Source: an uncultured delta proteobacterium (GTDB lineage Bacteria > Desulfobacterota > RBG-13-43-22). Taken from it: a DNA stretch of 64,000 bases. The stretch's first letter is position 1. Each line of letters opens with the position of its first letter. The notes beneath the pieces are model-generated. The model was not told the origin of the DNA. It searched no databases and worked only from the letters and a program-made list of their open reading frames with translations. A program made the translations under genes and the position numbers. Location of the stretch: positions 320,001-384,000 of the forward strand of contig CAVUPH010000014.1 of the NCBI GenBank assembly GCA_963743305.1, read 5' to 3'. Below are positions 50,308 through 63,269 of the stretch, one piece after another.

Positions 50308-50597
50308 GAAAAAATCTTTAGTGTTTATCGCAGATTATAGGGAAGGGAGTCCTAAAAAGTTTTCACTCAAATAAAGCTATAAAGAAGCTGAAGTAAATTA
50401 AGGTGGTTATCGTATTCTGAGGCCTTAAGGCGATTTATATCAGCGCCTAACGGGCCTTGAAAAAAGCTGACCCCCCTATTGGAAGAGTCCCATCAAGGTT
50501 AGTAGCAGGGCGTCAGTATACCACTATATATAGTGTTATAAGGTATTAATCGAATCGTTTATCTAAGATTAAGATAATGCTCCAAAGGCCCATACTA

Positions 50598-51362
50598 TTA
50601 CTGCACCTGTCCAAAGAGGGTTTCAAAAAGGGTAAACGCCGTTTTTACGGCCGGCGCCTCGTCGGGCAGGGTAAAGGTCGGCTTTCCCTCCTTGTCGTAT
50701 TGGTAGATGTGATCGTCTTGTGGAACCACCCCCAACAGGCGGAGATCGTTTTTTTCCAGGAGATCTTTCCATTCTTGCCATTGGCCGTCATCCTTTTGTT
50801 CCGCCTGGTTGATAATGACGTATTTGTTAATAACGGTCAGGCCTAACTCCCGGGTTAATTCCCCGATCCGGACAGCGGCCTGCAGACCTCGGCGGGAGCC
50901 GTCGGAAACAATCAAGAGCAAGTCAATATGACGGGTGGTCAACCGGCTGACATGCTCCATGCCGGCCTCGTTATCCACCACCAGATAGCGGTAATTATGG
51001 GTTAACTTTTCTATCACCTCCGAGAGTAAGTTGTTGGCCGCACAGTAACAACCCTGACCTTCGGGACGCCCCATGACAATCAGGTCAAAGCCTTCGGCTT
51101 CTACCAAGGCCTGCTGAATGCGCATATCCATGAAGATGTCCTTGGTCATCCCTTCAATACCGCCCTTTTTCATTTCTTCCCGGGCATCGCCTATGGTGTT
51201 GGTGTAGGTAACTCCCAAGACCTCGTTTAAATTGGCGTTGGCGTCCGCGTCGACCGCTAAGACCGGTTTCAGACCGTTTTTCAACATATAGCGGATCAGC
51301 AGACCGGCCATAGTGGTCTTTCCGGTTCCCCCTTTTCCAGCTAAGGCAATGGTAAAACTCAA
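50598..51362 (-). CDS. cooC: CooC/AcsF nickel-insertion ATPase
   Basis: GKGGTGKTT, VDAD, GCYC, DNEAGMEH. Confidence 0.92.
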   Translation of the reverse strand: MSFTIALAGKGGTGKTTMAGLLIRYMLKNGLKPVLAVDADANANLNEVLGVTYTNTIGDAREEMKKGGIEGMTKDIFMDMRIQQALVEAEGFDLIVMGRPEGQGCYCAANNLLSEVIEKLTHNYRYLVVDNEAGMEHVSRLTTRHIDLLLIVSDGSRRGLQAAVRIGELTRELGLTVINKYVIINQAEQKDDGQWQEWKDLLEKNDLRLLGVVPQDDHIYQYDKEGKPTFTLPDEAPAVKTAFTLFETLFGQVQ

Positions 51363-51365
51363 AGT

Positions 51366-53333
51366 TTACTCCTTTCTGGCTTCAGTCAGACCTTTTTCTC
51401 TGCAGGATATTCGTTCAAAGACCCGGGGAAACAACTTATTGTTTGTATGGGGCAAAAACAAGGCGGCAATATAATTATTCATAAAATTGATATTTTCGCT
51501 CAGTTCTATGTTGGTGATTTTAGTAAAAATGCGCTTTACTTCCGTTCGGAGCACATTAGAAAAGCAGATCAAGCGGGCGCCCAACAGCGAACCGTTGCCG
51601 ATGAATTTAACTTTTTGAATCGGGAAGTCGGGCAGGAGACCAATGGTAATCGCCTTTTCAATATTCATATAGTTTCCAAATCCGCCGGCAATGATCACCT
51701 GTTCCAGATCCTCCATGGCCAGCCCCACCTCTTCCAGCAAGGTTACATAACCGGCATACATGGCTCCTTTGGCCCGAATGAGGTTGTCAATGTCCACCTC
51801 GGTAATCACAATATCCCGTTCGATTTGGGTATCGGAAGCCCAGGCCAGCACATATTCCCACCCGTCTTCCCCTTCCCGAATACGGTCCGTCTTCAACCCC
51901 GGTTTAAATTTTCCATTTTGATCCAGCACACAGGCTTCCAGAAATCCGGCGACAATATTAATCAGCCCCGAACCGCAGATCCCCTTAGGCTTGACCATAC
52001 CGACTGTCAGGATCATGGGTTCAAAAGTCGTTGGATTTATGCTGAAATCCTCAATCGCCCCCTGGGTAGCCCGCATGCCGTGTTTAATGCCTCCCCCCTC
52101 AAAGGCCGGCCCGGCGGAACAGGCCGCGCAGGTCATCCACTCCGAATTGCCGACCACAATCTCTCCATTAGTTCCCAAATCAATATACAGGGTTAATTTA
52201 TCCTGGCGGGACATCCCGGAACCCATAACTCCGGCAATAACATCCCCTCCCACATAACTGGCTATGGAAGGAAATAAATAAACCTGCACATGGTCCGCCA
52301 GCTCCAGTCCCAGTTCCCTGGCCCGGATTAAAGGGACATAGTTCATCGGAGGCGTATAAGGAGCCTCGCGGATATACCGCGGTTCAATCTCCAAAAACAA
52401 ATGGGTCATGGTGGTATTACCCGCCACGGTCATCTGATTGATGGTTTCCATGGGGACTTTATGCTGTTTTAACAACTGCTTAATAATTCCATTGATGGTG
52501 GAAACCACCAAGTCCTTCATTTTTTTAAGCCCGTTGGCTTTTTGGGTATAGGCGATCCGGGAGATGACATCTTCCCCATAGGCAATCTGGGAGTTATACT
52601 CTACCGCCTGGGCTAAAATTTCGCCGTTATTTAAATTCAGCAATTGACCCCAAACCGTGGTGGTTCCAATATCGACGGCCACGGCGAAATTACTGCTGGT
52701 GGTGTCACCGGATTCGATGTTGATCAGTTGGACTTTGCCGCCCTTTTTTCTGGAATTGGCTAACGTTACCGTAATCTTCCAATCTTTTTCCCTTAAAGTG
52801 GAAGCCATTTTCCGGACGGCATAAAAGTCGACGTTGATGTTCCCGATCTGATGACTTTGCTTTAAGGCGCGGATGACTCGGGTCAGGTCGCTCAGGTTGT
52901 CGGCTATGGTGGGAGGGGTAATTTCCAAATATTTCTTTTCTACCGGCGGGTGAAATTTTCCGTCAACGATCAGGTCTTCGATCTTAATTTCAGTGACCAC
53001 CTGCCAGGCCCCGGAGCGAGGTCTTTCTTTAGCCAAGACCTTACGGTCCAACTGTGATTCAAGAGGAATGGTAACATCTAAATCACTTTTAATAATAGTT
53101 TTACAGGCTTGTCTTACGCCAAGATCGAAGTCCGCCGTCGAAATTTTGTCGCTCTGTTCGCTTTCGACCTCTCCACGATCGACGATCACCCGGCATTTTC
53201 CACATACTCCCTCTCCTCCACAGGAGGCATTGATATGGACACCGGCCTGCATGGCAGCCCGGAGGAGGTTTTCACCAGAGGCTACCCAAACTTCAGCTTT
53301 ATCCGGATAAAAAGTAACTTTTTTTGTTTCCAT
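51366..53333 (-). CDS. acsV: Reductive activator of corrinoid protein (RACo/AcsV, 2Fe-2S plus ASKHA)
   Basis: CGGEGVCGKC, DIGTTT, DLGTNGE, SAGPAFEG, AGGFG. Confidence 0.9.
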   Translation of the reverse strand: METKKVTFYPDKAEVWVASGENLLRAAMQAGVHINASCGGEGVCGKCRVIVDRGEVESEQSDKISTADFDLGVRQACKTIIKSDLDVTIPLESQLDRKVLAKERPRSGAWQVVTEIKIEDLIVDGKFHPPVEKKYLEITPPTIADNLSDLTRVIRALKQSHQIGNINVDFYAVRKMASTLREKDWKITVTLANSRKKGGKVQLINIESGDTTSSNFAVAVDIGTTTVWGQLLNLNNGEILAQAVEYNSQIAYGEDVISRIAYTQKANGLKKMKDLVVSTINGIIKQLLKQHKVPMETINQMTVAGNTTMTHLFLEIEPRYIREAPYTPPMNYVPLIRARELGLELADHVQVYLFPSIASYVGGDVIAGVMGSGMSRQDKLTLYIDLGTNGEIVVGNSEWMTCAACSAGPAFEGGGIKHGMRATQGAIEDFSINPTTFEPMILTVGMVKPKGICGSGLINIVAGFLEACVLDQNGKFKPGLKTDRIREGEDGWEYVLAWASDTQIERDIVITEVDIDNLIRAKGAMYAGYVTLLEEVGLAMEDLEQVIIAGGFGNYMNIEKAITIGLLPDFPIQKVKFIGNGSLLGARLICFSNVLRTEVKRIFTKITNIELSENINFMNNYIAALFLPHTNNKLFPRVFERISCREKGLTEARKE

Positions 53334-53395
53334 TTAGTTTTTCTAAATAACCTGTATCCCTTTGTCAAGAAATAAGGGGGTAATTTAAATAGCAG

Positions 53396-53424
53396 TTGAT
53401 TTTTTTCACTAAATTAAGTATAGT
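53396..53424 (+). promoter_or_regulatory. Putative sigma70 promoter of dnaN
   Basis: TTGATT-17 nt-TATAGT. Confidence 0.5.
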
Positions 53425-53479
53425 ATGACGATTTGATTTTATAATAATTTCAAAGAAGTAGGGTCCGGAAAGGTCAATC

Positions 53480-53725
53480 GGCCCTGGGGATGGCCGTGAA
53501 TAGCCGGGTCAAATTCATATCCACAGGGATAAACTGTTAATAATTTCTCTTTTTTTGACCTAAACGCTTAAGGGATGATGGGGTAGCTAAATAGTTCAAG
53601 GATAGGCCGTTCAAGGTTTATTGATATTTTGTATAATTATTTCAATAGAATATTGTAGATTTCCCTATGTTACCGTCTTAATAATAAATAATAAAAATAA
53701 TTTATCATTTTTTTAATACTTATTT
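53480..53725. other. Candidate replication origin (oriC)
   Basis: Degenerate DnaA boxes (ATATCCACA 53517-25, TGTTAATAA, CGTGAATAG, TGGGGATGG), AT-rich TAA-repeat tract before dnaN, switch in gene orientation. Confidence 0.55.
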
Positions 53726-53740
53726 TAAGGAGAACTCTTT

Positions 53741-54874
53741 ATGGAACTGACCATCCAAAAACAACCTTTATTGGATGGACTGCAGATGGTCCAGGGAATT
53801 GTGGAAAAGAAGAGTTCTATGCCTATTCTTTCCAATGTGCTTCTTGAAACCATCGATGAAGGGATTCATATTGTAGCTACGGATCTCCAGATCGGGTTGC
53901 GTCTTACCTGTCCGGCCAGGATAAAGCAACCGGGAGGAATTACCGTTCTAGCGCGCAAATTTTTTGAAATCATCCGGGAATTACCGGATGGTGATATTGA
54001 TATCCGTTTAAATGAAAATAATCGATTATTCATATCCTGCAAGGATATTCAGTACCAGTTGGTCGGTTTGCCCCTTTCGGATTTTCCAGCACTCCCGGAA
54101 ACCGAACAAAATCAATTAATTTCCCTGGAGGGGGCTCTGATTAGAGAAATGATTCAAAAGACCATTTTTTCTATTTCCCTCGAGGATACCCGTTATAACT
54201 TATCGGGAGTCTACTTTGAACATCTGGAAGAGGAAGGTCATAAAATACTGCGGATGGTGGCCACCGATGGACACCGTCTTTCCTTAATGGATAAAGAAAT
54301 AGGGGAGTTCAATGAGGAAGTTTTTCCAAAAGGGGTCCTATTGCCACGAAAGGCGGTTACCGAACTGCTGAAAATTTTAGACAAACCGGGAGGAATCCAA
54401 TTCGGATTTAAAGAGAATAACGGGTTGATCATTAAGGATCAAATGTTGTTTATTATGCGGTTATTGGATCGAAAGTTTCCAGATTACAATTTAGTGCTGC
54501 CTAAGAAGAAAGATAAAATTATCACCATTCCGAAAAATGATTTTTTAGACTCCATGCGCCGTATGGCCGTACTTTCAACGGACAAATACAAGGGCGTTAA
54601 AATCATTTTAACTAAAGGAAAAATGGAAATTCAATCCATCAACCCGGAAATTGGGGAAGCCAAGGAAAGTTTAGCCTTGGAATACAAGGAAGAGAAAATG
54701 GATATTGGATTTAACCCCCGTTATTTTATCGACGCCCTGCAGGTGATGAACAGCGACCAGGTGCTGATGGAACTCAATGACGGAGTCAGCCCGGCCATTT
54801 TAAAAGGCGAACAGGATCCGGGATATCTAGCCTTGATCATGCCGATGAAAATTTTTGATGAGACCGGACAGTAA
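53741..54874 (+). CDS. dnaN: DNA polymerase III beta clamp
   Basis: MPILSNVLL, ATDL, VATDGHRL, GFNPRY, LIMPM. Confidence 0.97.
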   Translation: MELTIQKQPLLDGLQMVQGIVEKKSSMPILSNVLLETIDEGIHIVATDLQIGLRLTCPARIKQPGGITVLARKFFEIIRELPDGDIDIRLNENNRLFISCKDIQYQLVGLPLSDFPALPETEQNQLISLEGALIREMIQKTIFSISLEDTRYNLSGVYFEHLEEEGHKILRMVATDGHRLSLMDKEIGEFNEEVFPKGVLLPRKAVTELLKILDKPGGIQFGFKENNGLIIKDQMLFIMRLLDRKFPDYNLVLPKKKDKIITIPKNDFLDSMRRMAVLSTDKYKGVKIILTKGKMEIQSINPEIGEAKESLALEYKEEKMDIGFNPRYFIDALQVMNSDQVLMELNDGVSPAILKGEQDPGYLALIMPMKIFDETGQ

Positions 54875-55105
54875 GGAAAAAAATAAAAAAATTTTACCAG
54901 GACGGAGTCGCCGATAGTGTCTCAGCCAGGTCCAGCGAGTCCCGATTAACTGCTCCTAACAATTCCTTTTCTAAAAGATTTATTAATACCTCCCAACCTC
55001 CCTTTAACCACGCCGTGGCGTGGCAGGCCGGGGAGAAGTCCGATGATAATAGGTTTTTCCCTTGGAATGAGGAAATCTGGCGGAGATTGGTCGAATTTTT
55101 TTTAA

Positions 55106-57505
<2,400 letters not shown>

Positions 57506-57524
57506 AAAAAATAATGGGAAAGAT

Positions 57525-59957
57525 ATGAAATTAATACCTCAGGAAGTTTCCACCAATATTGAAGACGAGATGAGACGCTCTTACATGGATTATGCCATGA
57601 GCGTGATCATCGGCCGGGCCTTGCCGGACATCCGAGATGGCTTAAAACCGGTCCACCGCCGAGTCCTTTACTCCATGCGGGAATTGGGAAACGAGTACAA
57701 CAAGGCCTATAAAAAATCGGCCCGCATCGTGGGGGATGTCATCGGTAAATACCATCCGCACGGGGATACGGCGGTCTACGACACTATCGTGCGGATGGCC
57801 CAGGATTTCTCCCTGCGCTACCCTTTAGTGGACGGCCAGGGCAATTTTGGCTCCGTGGACGGCGATTCGCCGGCCGCCATGCGGTATACTGAAATTCGTT
57901 TGACCCGTCTGGCACATGAATTTATGGAAGACCTGGACAAGGAGACCGTGGACTTTATCCCCAATTACGACGGATCTCTGAGCGAACCGACGGTCCTGCC
58001 CACCAGCGTCCCCAACTTGCTGATCAACGGTTCCTCGGGTATCGCCGTGGGGATGGCCACCAATATTCCGCCTCATAACCTGGGGGAGATCGTTCAGGGG
58101 CTGCTGGCGCTGATTGATAATCCCGATCTCACCGTACCGAATTTGCTGACCCATATTCCCGGCCCCGATTTTCCTACCGCCGGGTTTATCTACGGGACGG
58201 CCGGAGTCCGGCAGGCCTATGAGACCGGGAGGGGAATCATCCGGATTCGGGCCCGGGCCATGATCGAAAAGAGAAAAACCCAGAGCAGGGAAAGCATTGT
58301 TATCAACGAACTTCCGTATCAGGTTAATAAAGCCCGGCTGATAGAAAAGATCGCCGAACTGGTCAAAGAGAAAAAAATCGAAGGCATCCAGGACCTGCGG
58401 GATGAATCGGATCGAGAAGGGATGCGGATCGTTTTAGATCTTAAACGGGATGAAGTGGCCGAGGTTATACTCAATCAGCTTTATAAATTTACGGCCATGG
58501 AAACCACTTTTGGTATCATTCTTTTAGCCATTGTTAAAAATCGACCCCAGATCATGGGTCTGAAGACCATTCTGGTTCATTTTCTGGATTTTCGGCAGGA
58601 GATCATCCGTAAGCGGACAGCCTTTGAACTGCGAGAGGCCGAAAAAAAGGCTCATATTTTGGAAGGCCTGAAGATCGCCATCGATCACTTGGACGAAGTC
58701 ATAGCGCTGATCCGCAAATCCAAAAATCCGGCGGAAGCTAAGAGCCAACTAATAAGGAGTTTTGAATTTTCTGAAACCCAGGCTCAGGCCATCCTGGAAA
58801 TGCGCCTGCAGCGGTTAACGAATCTGGAAAGGGAAAAAATCCAGGAGGATTACCGGGAGATTCTAAAGACCATTGAACGATTGAAGGGCATCTTAGCCAG
58901 CGAGGCGTTGATTTTAAATATCATCCGTGAGGAACTGACGGAACTTAAGAAAAAATTTGGCGATCCCCGTCGGACCGAAATCATCGAAGATACCACGGAA
59001 ATCAAATTGGAAGACCTGATCGTGGAAGAGGATATGGCCGTCACCATTTCCCACGCCGGTTATATCAAGCGCAACCCGGTCAGCCTGTACCGCAGCCAAC
59101 ACCGGGGGGGAAAAGGGATTACCGGCATGGAGACCAAGGAAGATGATTTTGTCGAACATCTCTTCGTGGCCTCCACCCACGATTATTTTCTGTTTCTAAC
59201 CAATCAAGGCCGGCTTTACTGGCTAAAAGTTCACGAGATCCCCCAGGCCGGCCGTCAAGCCCGGGGCAAGGCCATGGTCAATCTGCTCAACCTGCAACCG
59301 CAGGAGAAAGTGGCCACCATCCTACCGGTCCGGACTTTTGAGGAAGGAAAATACATCTTCATGGTCACCCGAAAGGGTTTGGTCAAGAAAACCGATCTGA
59401 TGGCCTTCAGCCGACCCCGGTCCGGAGGAATCATTGCCACCACCATCGTCGAAGGAGATGAAGTAATCGCCGCCGAACTGACCAAAGGAAAACAGGACAT
59501 CTTTTTAGGGACGCGCAAGGGCTTATCCATTCGATTCCATGAAGGGGAAGTGCGGGAAATGGGACGATTGGCCCAAGGGGTTCGCGGCATTCATCTCCAA
59601 GAGGACGACTGGGTCGTTGGAACCGCCGTGCTGGCCCAGGAAGGGACCTTGTTGACGGTGACCGAGAATGGTTTTGGCAAAAGGACCCATACCGCGGAAT
59701 ATCGAAAGCAGGCCCGGGGCGGAAAGGGCATTATTACTATGAAGACCACTGAAAGGAACGGGGCGGTGGTCGGGGTGCTGCCGGTAACGGATGATGACGA
59801 CTTGATGATTATCACTGACGGTGGAAAAATCATCCGCCTGCGGGTAAATGACCTCTCCATCATTGGTCGGAACACCCAGGGGGTCCGCCTCATCAATTTG
59901 GATGAACAGGAAAAATTGGTCGGCGTCGCCCGGGCGGTGAAACGGGAAGAGGAATAA
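57525..59957 (+). CDS. gyrA: DNA gyrase subunit A
   Basis: YHPHGD, AAMRYTE, GyrA-box QHRGGKG. Confidence 0.98.
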   Translation: MKLIPQEVSTNIEDEMRRSYMDYAMSVIIGRALPDIRDGLKPVHRRVLYSMRELGNEYNKAYKKSARIVGDVIGKYHPHGDTAVYDTIVRMAQDFSLRYPLVDGQGNFGSVDGDSPAAMRYTEIRLTRLAHEFMEDLDKETVDFIPNYDGSLSEPTVLPTSVPNLLINGSSGIAVGMATNIPPHNLGEIVQGLLALIDNPDLTVPNLLTHIPGPDFPTAGFIYGTAGVRQAYETGRGIIRIRARAMIEKRKTQSRESIVINELPYQVNKARLIEKIAELVKEKKIEGIQDLRDESDREGMRIVLDLKRDEVAEVILNQLYKFTAMETTFGIILLAIVKNRPQIMGLKTILVHFLDFRQEIIRKRTAFELREAEKKAHILEGLKIAIDHLDEVIALIRKSKNPAEAKSQLIRSFEFSETQAQAILEMRLQRLTNLEREKIQEDYREILKTIERLKGILASEALILNIIREELTELKKKFGDPRRTEIIEDTTEIKLEDLIVEEDMAVTISHAGYIKRNPVSLYRSQHRGGKGITGMETKEDDFVEHLFVASTHDYFLFLTNQGRLYWLKVHEIPQAGRQARGKAMVNLLNLQPQEKVATILPVRTFEEGKYIFMVTRKGLVKKTDLMAFSRPRSGGIIATTIVEGDEVIAAELTKGKQDIFLGTRKGLSIRFHEGEVREMGRLAQGVRGIHLQEDDWVVGTAVLAQEGTLLTVTENGFGKRTHTAEYRKQARGGKGIITMKTTERNGAVVGVLPVTDDDDLMIITDGGKIIRLRVNDLSIIGRNTQGVRLINLDEQEKLVGVARAVKREEE

Positions 59958-60004
59958 GCGTAACGGACGGGTAAGGAGTCCGTCAAGCAGCGAGGGGATC
60001 ATCG

Positions 60005-61042
60005 ATGGCCGGATTAAAAAAGAAAAAGCACGTGGGGGTGATCGGTGCCGGGAGCTGGGGCACCGTCCTGGCCCGTTTATTGGCCGACAACGGGCATGCG
60101 GTTCAATTGTGGTGCTTTGAGGAAGAGGTGGCCCGACAAATCAGGGAGAGGCGGGAGAACCGGACATTTCTACCGGGCTTTCATTTGCCGGAATCCATTG
60201 AACCGGTCACCGATCTGGTCGAGGCTATCCACCAAAAGGATATGCTGCTGTTGGTCGTCCCTTCTCATGTGTTTCGAGATGTCCTCAACCGAATGATTCC
60301 CAACCTTTCCGCCCTCAAGCCGGGTTGTCTATGGATCAGCGCCGCCAAGGGAATTGAAACGGAAAGTCTGCTGACTATGACCGGGGTCATGAAGGAGGTC
60401 CTGGGAGACGCCTATCCTCCCTTTATCGGATGTTTGTCCGGACCCAGTTTCGCGCAGGAAGTCGCCCAGGAATTACCCACGGCCATTTCGCTGGGAGCGT
60501 TCCAAAAAGAAGCGGCGGAGCGGGCCCAACAGTTATTCGCCAACGGCTATTTTCGGGTTTATACCAACCGGGATACGCTCGGTTTGGAAATAGGCGGGGC
60601 TTTGAAGAATGTGATCGCCTTGGCAGCCGGTATTTCCGACGGTTTAGGGTTGGGACACAATACTCGGGCGGCAATAATAACTCGGGGGTTAGCGGAAATC
60701 AGCCGTCTGGGGATCAAGATGGGTGCGCAGCAAGCCACCTTTTTTGGGTTGGCCGGCATCGGAGATTTGGTGTTGACCTGTACCGGGGATTTAAGCCGGA
60801 ATCGTACCGTCGGGCTTCGTCTGGGTAAGGGCGAAAAATTAAACAGTATCTTAGCTTCCATGACCATGGTGGCGGAAGGAGTTAAAACATCCCGGGCCGC
60901 CTATCAACTGGCGCTCCGGGAACAAGTGGAAATGCCTATCGTCACCCAGGTCTATGGCCTACTTTACGAGAATCAGGTCCCTCGACGCGCCGTTCGGGAT
61001 TTGATGAACCGCGATTTAAAGTCCGAGACCGGGGACGATTAA
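60005..61042 (+). CDS. gpsA: NAD(P)H-dependent glycerol-3-phosphate dehydrogenase
   Basis: GAGSWGT, SGPSFA, GALKNV, GDLVLTC, SRNR, AEGV. Confidence 0.96.
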   Translation: MAGLKKKKHVGVIGAGSWGTVLARLLADNGHAVQLWCFEEEVARQIRERRENRTFLPGFHLPESIEPVTDLVEAIHQKDMLLLVVPSHVFRDVLNRMIPNLSALKPGCLWISAAKGIETESLLTMTGVMKEVLGDAYPPFIGCLSGPSFAQEVAQELPTAISLGAFQKEAAERAQQLFANGYFRVYTNRDTLGLEIGGALKNVIALAAGISDGLGLGHNTRAAIITRGLAEISRLGIKMGAQQATFFGLAGIGDLVLTCTGDLSRNRTVGLRLGKGEKLNSILASMTMVAEGVKTSRAAYQLALREQVEMPIVTQVYGLLYENQVPRRAVRDLMNRDLKSETGDD

Positions 61043-61048
61043 ATAAAT

Positions 61049-61159
61049 TATCGTTCGCCCTTTGGGGTGGGCGGTCACAACTTATGGTAGTTTAAAGATT
61101 AACCTGATATCGGCACTACCAGATATGGGGGGTACCCACCCGAAAGGGTGAAGCGGTAA
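61049..61159. repeat. ~110-bp imperfect inverted repeat (MITE/REP-like)
   Basis: CGTTCGCCCTTTGGGGTGGG...GGTAGT / ACTACC...CCCACCCGAAAGGGTGAAGCG. Confidence 0.7.
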
Positions 61160-61216
61160 ATAAGAGTTGGAATAGGATTTGCATAATTATTCCTTCGACT
61201 TGGTGAACAAAAAGAT

Positions 61217-61244
61217 TTGACAAAGAGGTTTTTTTTGCTATATT
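61217..61244 (+). promoter_or_regulatory. Sigma70 promoter with extended -10
   Basis: TTGACA-16 nt-TATATT with a TGn motif. Confidence 0.6.
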
Positions 61245-61305
61245 GCCCTAACCTAGTCCAATTTTGCCCGTTGAATAACCCAATCCTTCATCTGAGGAGA
61301 GAGCT

Positions 61306-62145
61306 ATGATAATCAATAGATGGGCTGCTTTTATTTCCATAGTCCTTTTAGTCCTATTCCCGGCCAGTAGTTTCAACGCTTCCGCGAAAAGTACCGTCAA
61401 GAAAAAAAATACGGTTTCTTCAAAAAAGGAAACTCAAAAAAAATCGGCAAAAATTGCCCCAAAAGGGAAAAAATCGACCAAAACCAGGAGAAGACACCAT
61501 AAAAAAATCGCTCAGGATGCCCCACAGGAACCAAAAGCGGGAAATCCGGTGTTCAAGGTTACTCCCTTGGACAATGGGAAATTCCTCATTGAGCCCACGG
61601 AGTCATCTCATCAACAGGATAGTGGTCCGGACCAACTTAGCCTGATTAAAAAGCCGGTTTTCGAGGAAGAGATGAAAAACACGGAGGACTCCCAGGAAAC
61701 CAAAAACGAATCGGGCAGTTTTCCGGAACTTTTGGTAGATTTTTCCAAACAACTGTTGGGAAAAGCCTACCGCCTGGGAGGAAATGGTCAAGGAACTGAC
61801 GGTATTGATTGTTCGGGGTTCATGAAAAAAATCTATCAATCCGTAACCCTGAACCTGCCCCATTCCAGCCGGGAACAAGCCAGGTTTGGTGCCCTGGTGA
61901 CTACGGACTGGGATCTCAGTCGTCTTCGAATCGGGGATTTGCTTTTTTTTAAACGGAAACGCGGGACCAATATCGGCCACACCGGGATGTATATTGGCGA
62001 GGGGAAGATGATCCATTCCTCGAGCAAGAAAGGCGTTATTATTACGAATCTGAAGCATTCCGATTATTATAACCGGAATTTCGTCATGGCCCGCCGGTTG
62101 TTTATCATGGATGATCCGCAGATGGCTCAATTTAAATCCTTTTAG
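61306..62145 (+). CDS. NlpC/P60 peptidoglycan endopeptidase
   Basis: Signal peptide, Lys-rich region, YRLGG, DCSGF, GDLLFF, HTGMY, IHSS. Confidence 0.92.
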   Translation: MIINRWAAFISIVLLVLFPASSFNASAKSTVKKKNTVSSKKETQKKSAKIAPKGKKSTKTRRRHHKKIAQDAPQEPKAGNPVFKVTPLDNGKFLIEPTESSHQQDSGPDQLSLIKKPVFEEEMKNTEDSQETKNESGSFPELLVDFSKQLLGKAYRLGGNGQGTDGIDCSGFMKKIYQSVTLNLPHSSREQARFGALVTTDWDLSRLRIGDLLFFKRKRGTNIGHTGMYIGEGKMIHSSSKKGVIITNLKHSDYYNRNFVMARRLFIMDDPQMAQFKSF

Positions 62146-62167
62146 GGGACCCTCTACCTCCGGTGTA

Positions 62168-63187
62168 CTAAAGGATTTCCAACCCCCCCAACAGGCATTC
62201 GTTGGCTTCTCCAATTAAAATTCTTCGATAAGGCCGGTCCAGGTAAGTATTCCGGGCGATCCGAAGTTCGGTAATCGCCATGATAAAAGGCATACTCCGA
62301 CAAATCCGTTTGAATATTTTTTCCGGTTCAGGAAAGAAAGAAGCGTAGCTTCCCAGAAAATGGCGGATGAAAGGCTCGGCCCCCGACCGGTCCCGATGAC
62401 GCCAGAGAAAGGCATGTTTGATTTCTCCGCAAACCATCCCCAGGTCCCAAACCCGATCGCCGGATTTTACCCGTTCTAAATCAAGCGCCACCAGTTCCCG
62501 CTCAGAGGGAAAAATAAAATTAGTCGGCGTGGCGTCCCCATGGACCAGAACTTGAAAGGTCGTACAGCCGGCAAGTCGGCTTAACCATTGGTCGATCAAC
62601 CCCAGAAAGTTTTTAATTTCCTCGTTGGAGACCAAGCCCTGCGCGCTGAGCTGGGTCAAGACCTTTCGGTAATAGCTTTGCACCGACTGCCACTCCACCG
62701 CTCGTCCATTTTGAGTTTTCTGATGAAGTCCGGCCAAAAAAGAAGCCAACTGTCCCAGCCGGGCGCACAGGGGAGACCCTTCATTTTCGTAAATAGCCCG
62801 CTGCAAAAAATAATCTAAGTTCCTGCCCGCTTCCCATTCTTGGACCAAGCCCAGCGGTAAATGAATTCTGTTACCTAAGGGACGGGCAACCCGGCAGGGA
62901 GTGCCGTTGAAACCTAGGCCTCGCAGGAGAAGCATCTGGTCGTACTCCCTCTCGATCAAGGCCAGATTTCGGTTTTTTAGGGATTCCGGCAGAAAACAAT
63001 ATTTGGCGATGACCCGCTGTTCGGACGTTTCCTCTGAAAAAAGATAAACCCAGTGCGATCCAACCAACGGCGCTATTCGGAACCGAGGTTTTTTCAATTG
63101 AGCGCCCAATTGGGGATAAACAATGTGAGCTAAAAAATGAAAGAATGGATGGCGGGGATTCAGAAGCGCTTTATGGTTGAAGGGCAT
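62168..63187 (-). CDS. APH/choline-kinase-like phosphotransferase
   Basis: IAKY, HGDATPTNF, ALDLE, WDLG. Confidence 0.8.
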   Translation of the reverse strand: MPFNHKALLNPRHPFFHFLAHIVYPQLGAQLKKPRFRIAPLVGSHWVYLFSEETSEQRVIAKYCFLPESLKNRNLALIEREYDQMLLLRGLGFNGTPCRVARPLGNRIHLPLGLVQEWEAGRNLDYFLQRAIYENEGSPLCARLGQLASFLAGLHQKTQNGRAVEWQSVQSYYRKVLTQLSAQGLVSNEEIKNFLGLIDQWLSRLAGCTTFQVLVHGDATPTNFIFPSERELVALDLERVKSGDRVWDLGMVCGEIKHAFLWRHRDRSGAEPFIRHFLGSYASFFPEPEKIFKRICRSMPFIMAITELRIARNTYLDRPYRRILIGEANECLLGGLEIL

Positions 63188-63193
63188 AGCCTT

Positions 63194-63243
63194 AAAAAAA
63201 AGATTCCCGGATTCGGAATCGGTTGGCGGAATCCGGGAATCTT
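63194..63243 (-). terminator. Intrinsic terminator after the thiolase gene
   Basis: AAGATTCCCGGATTC...GAATCCGGGAATCTT stem followed by a U-tract on the minus strand. Confidence 0.75.
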
Positions 63244-63269
63244 GAAAAACGGTCCGAGGGAAGATGAAA

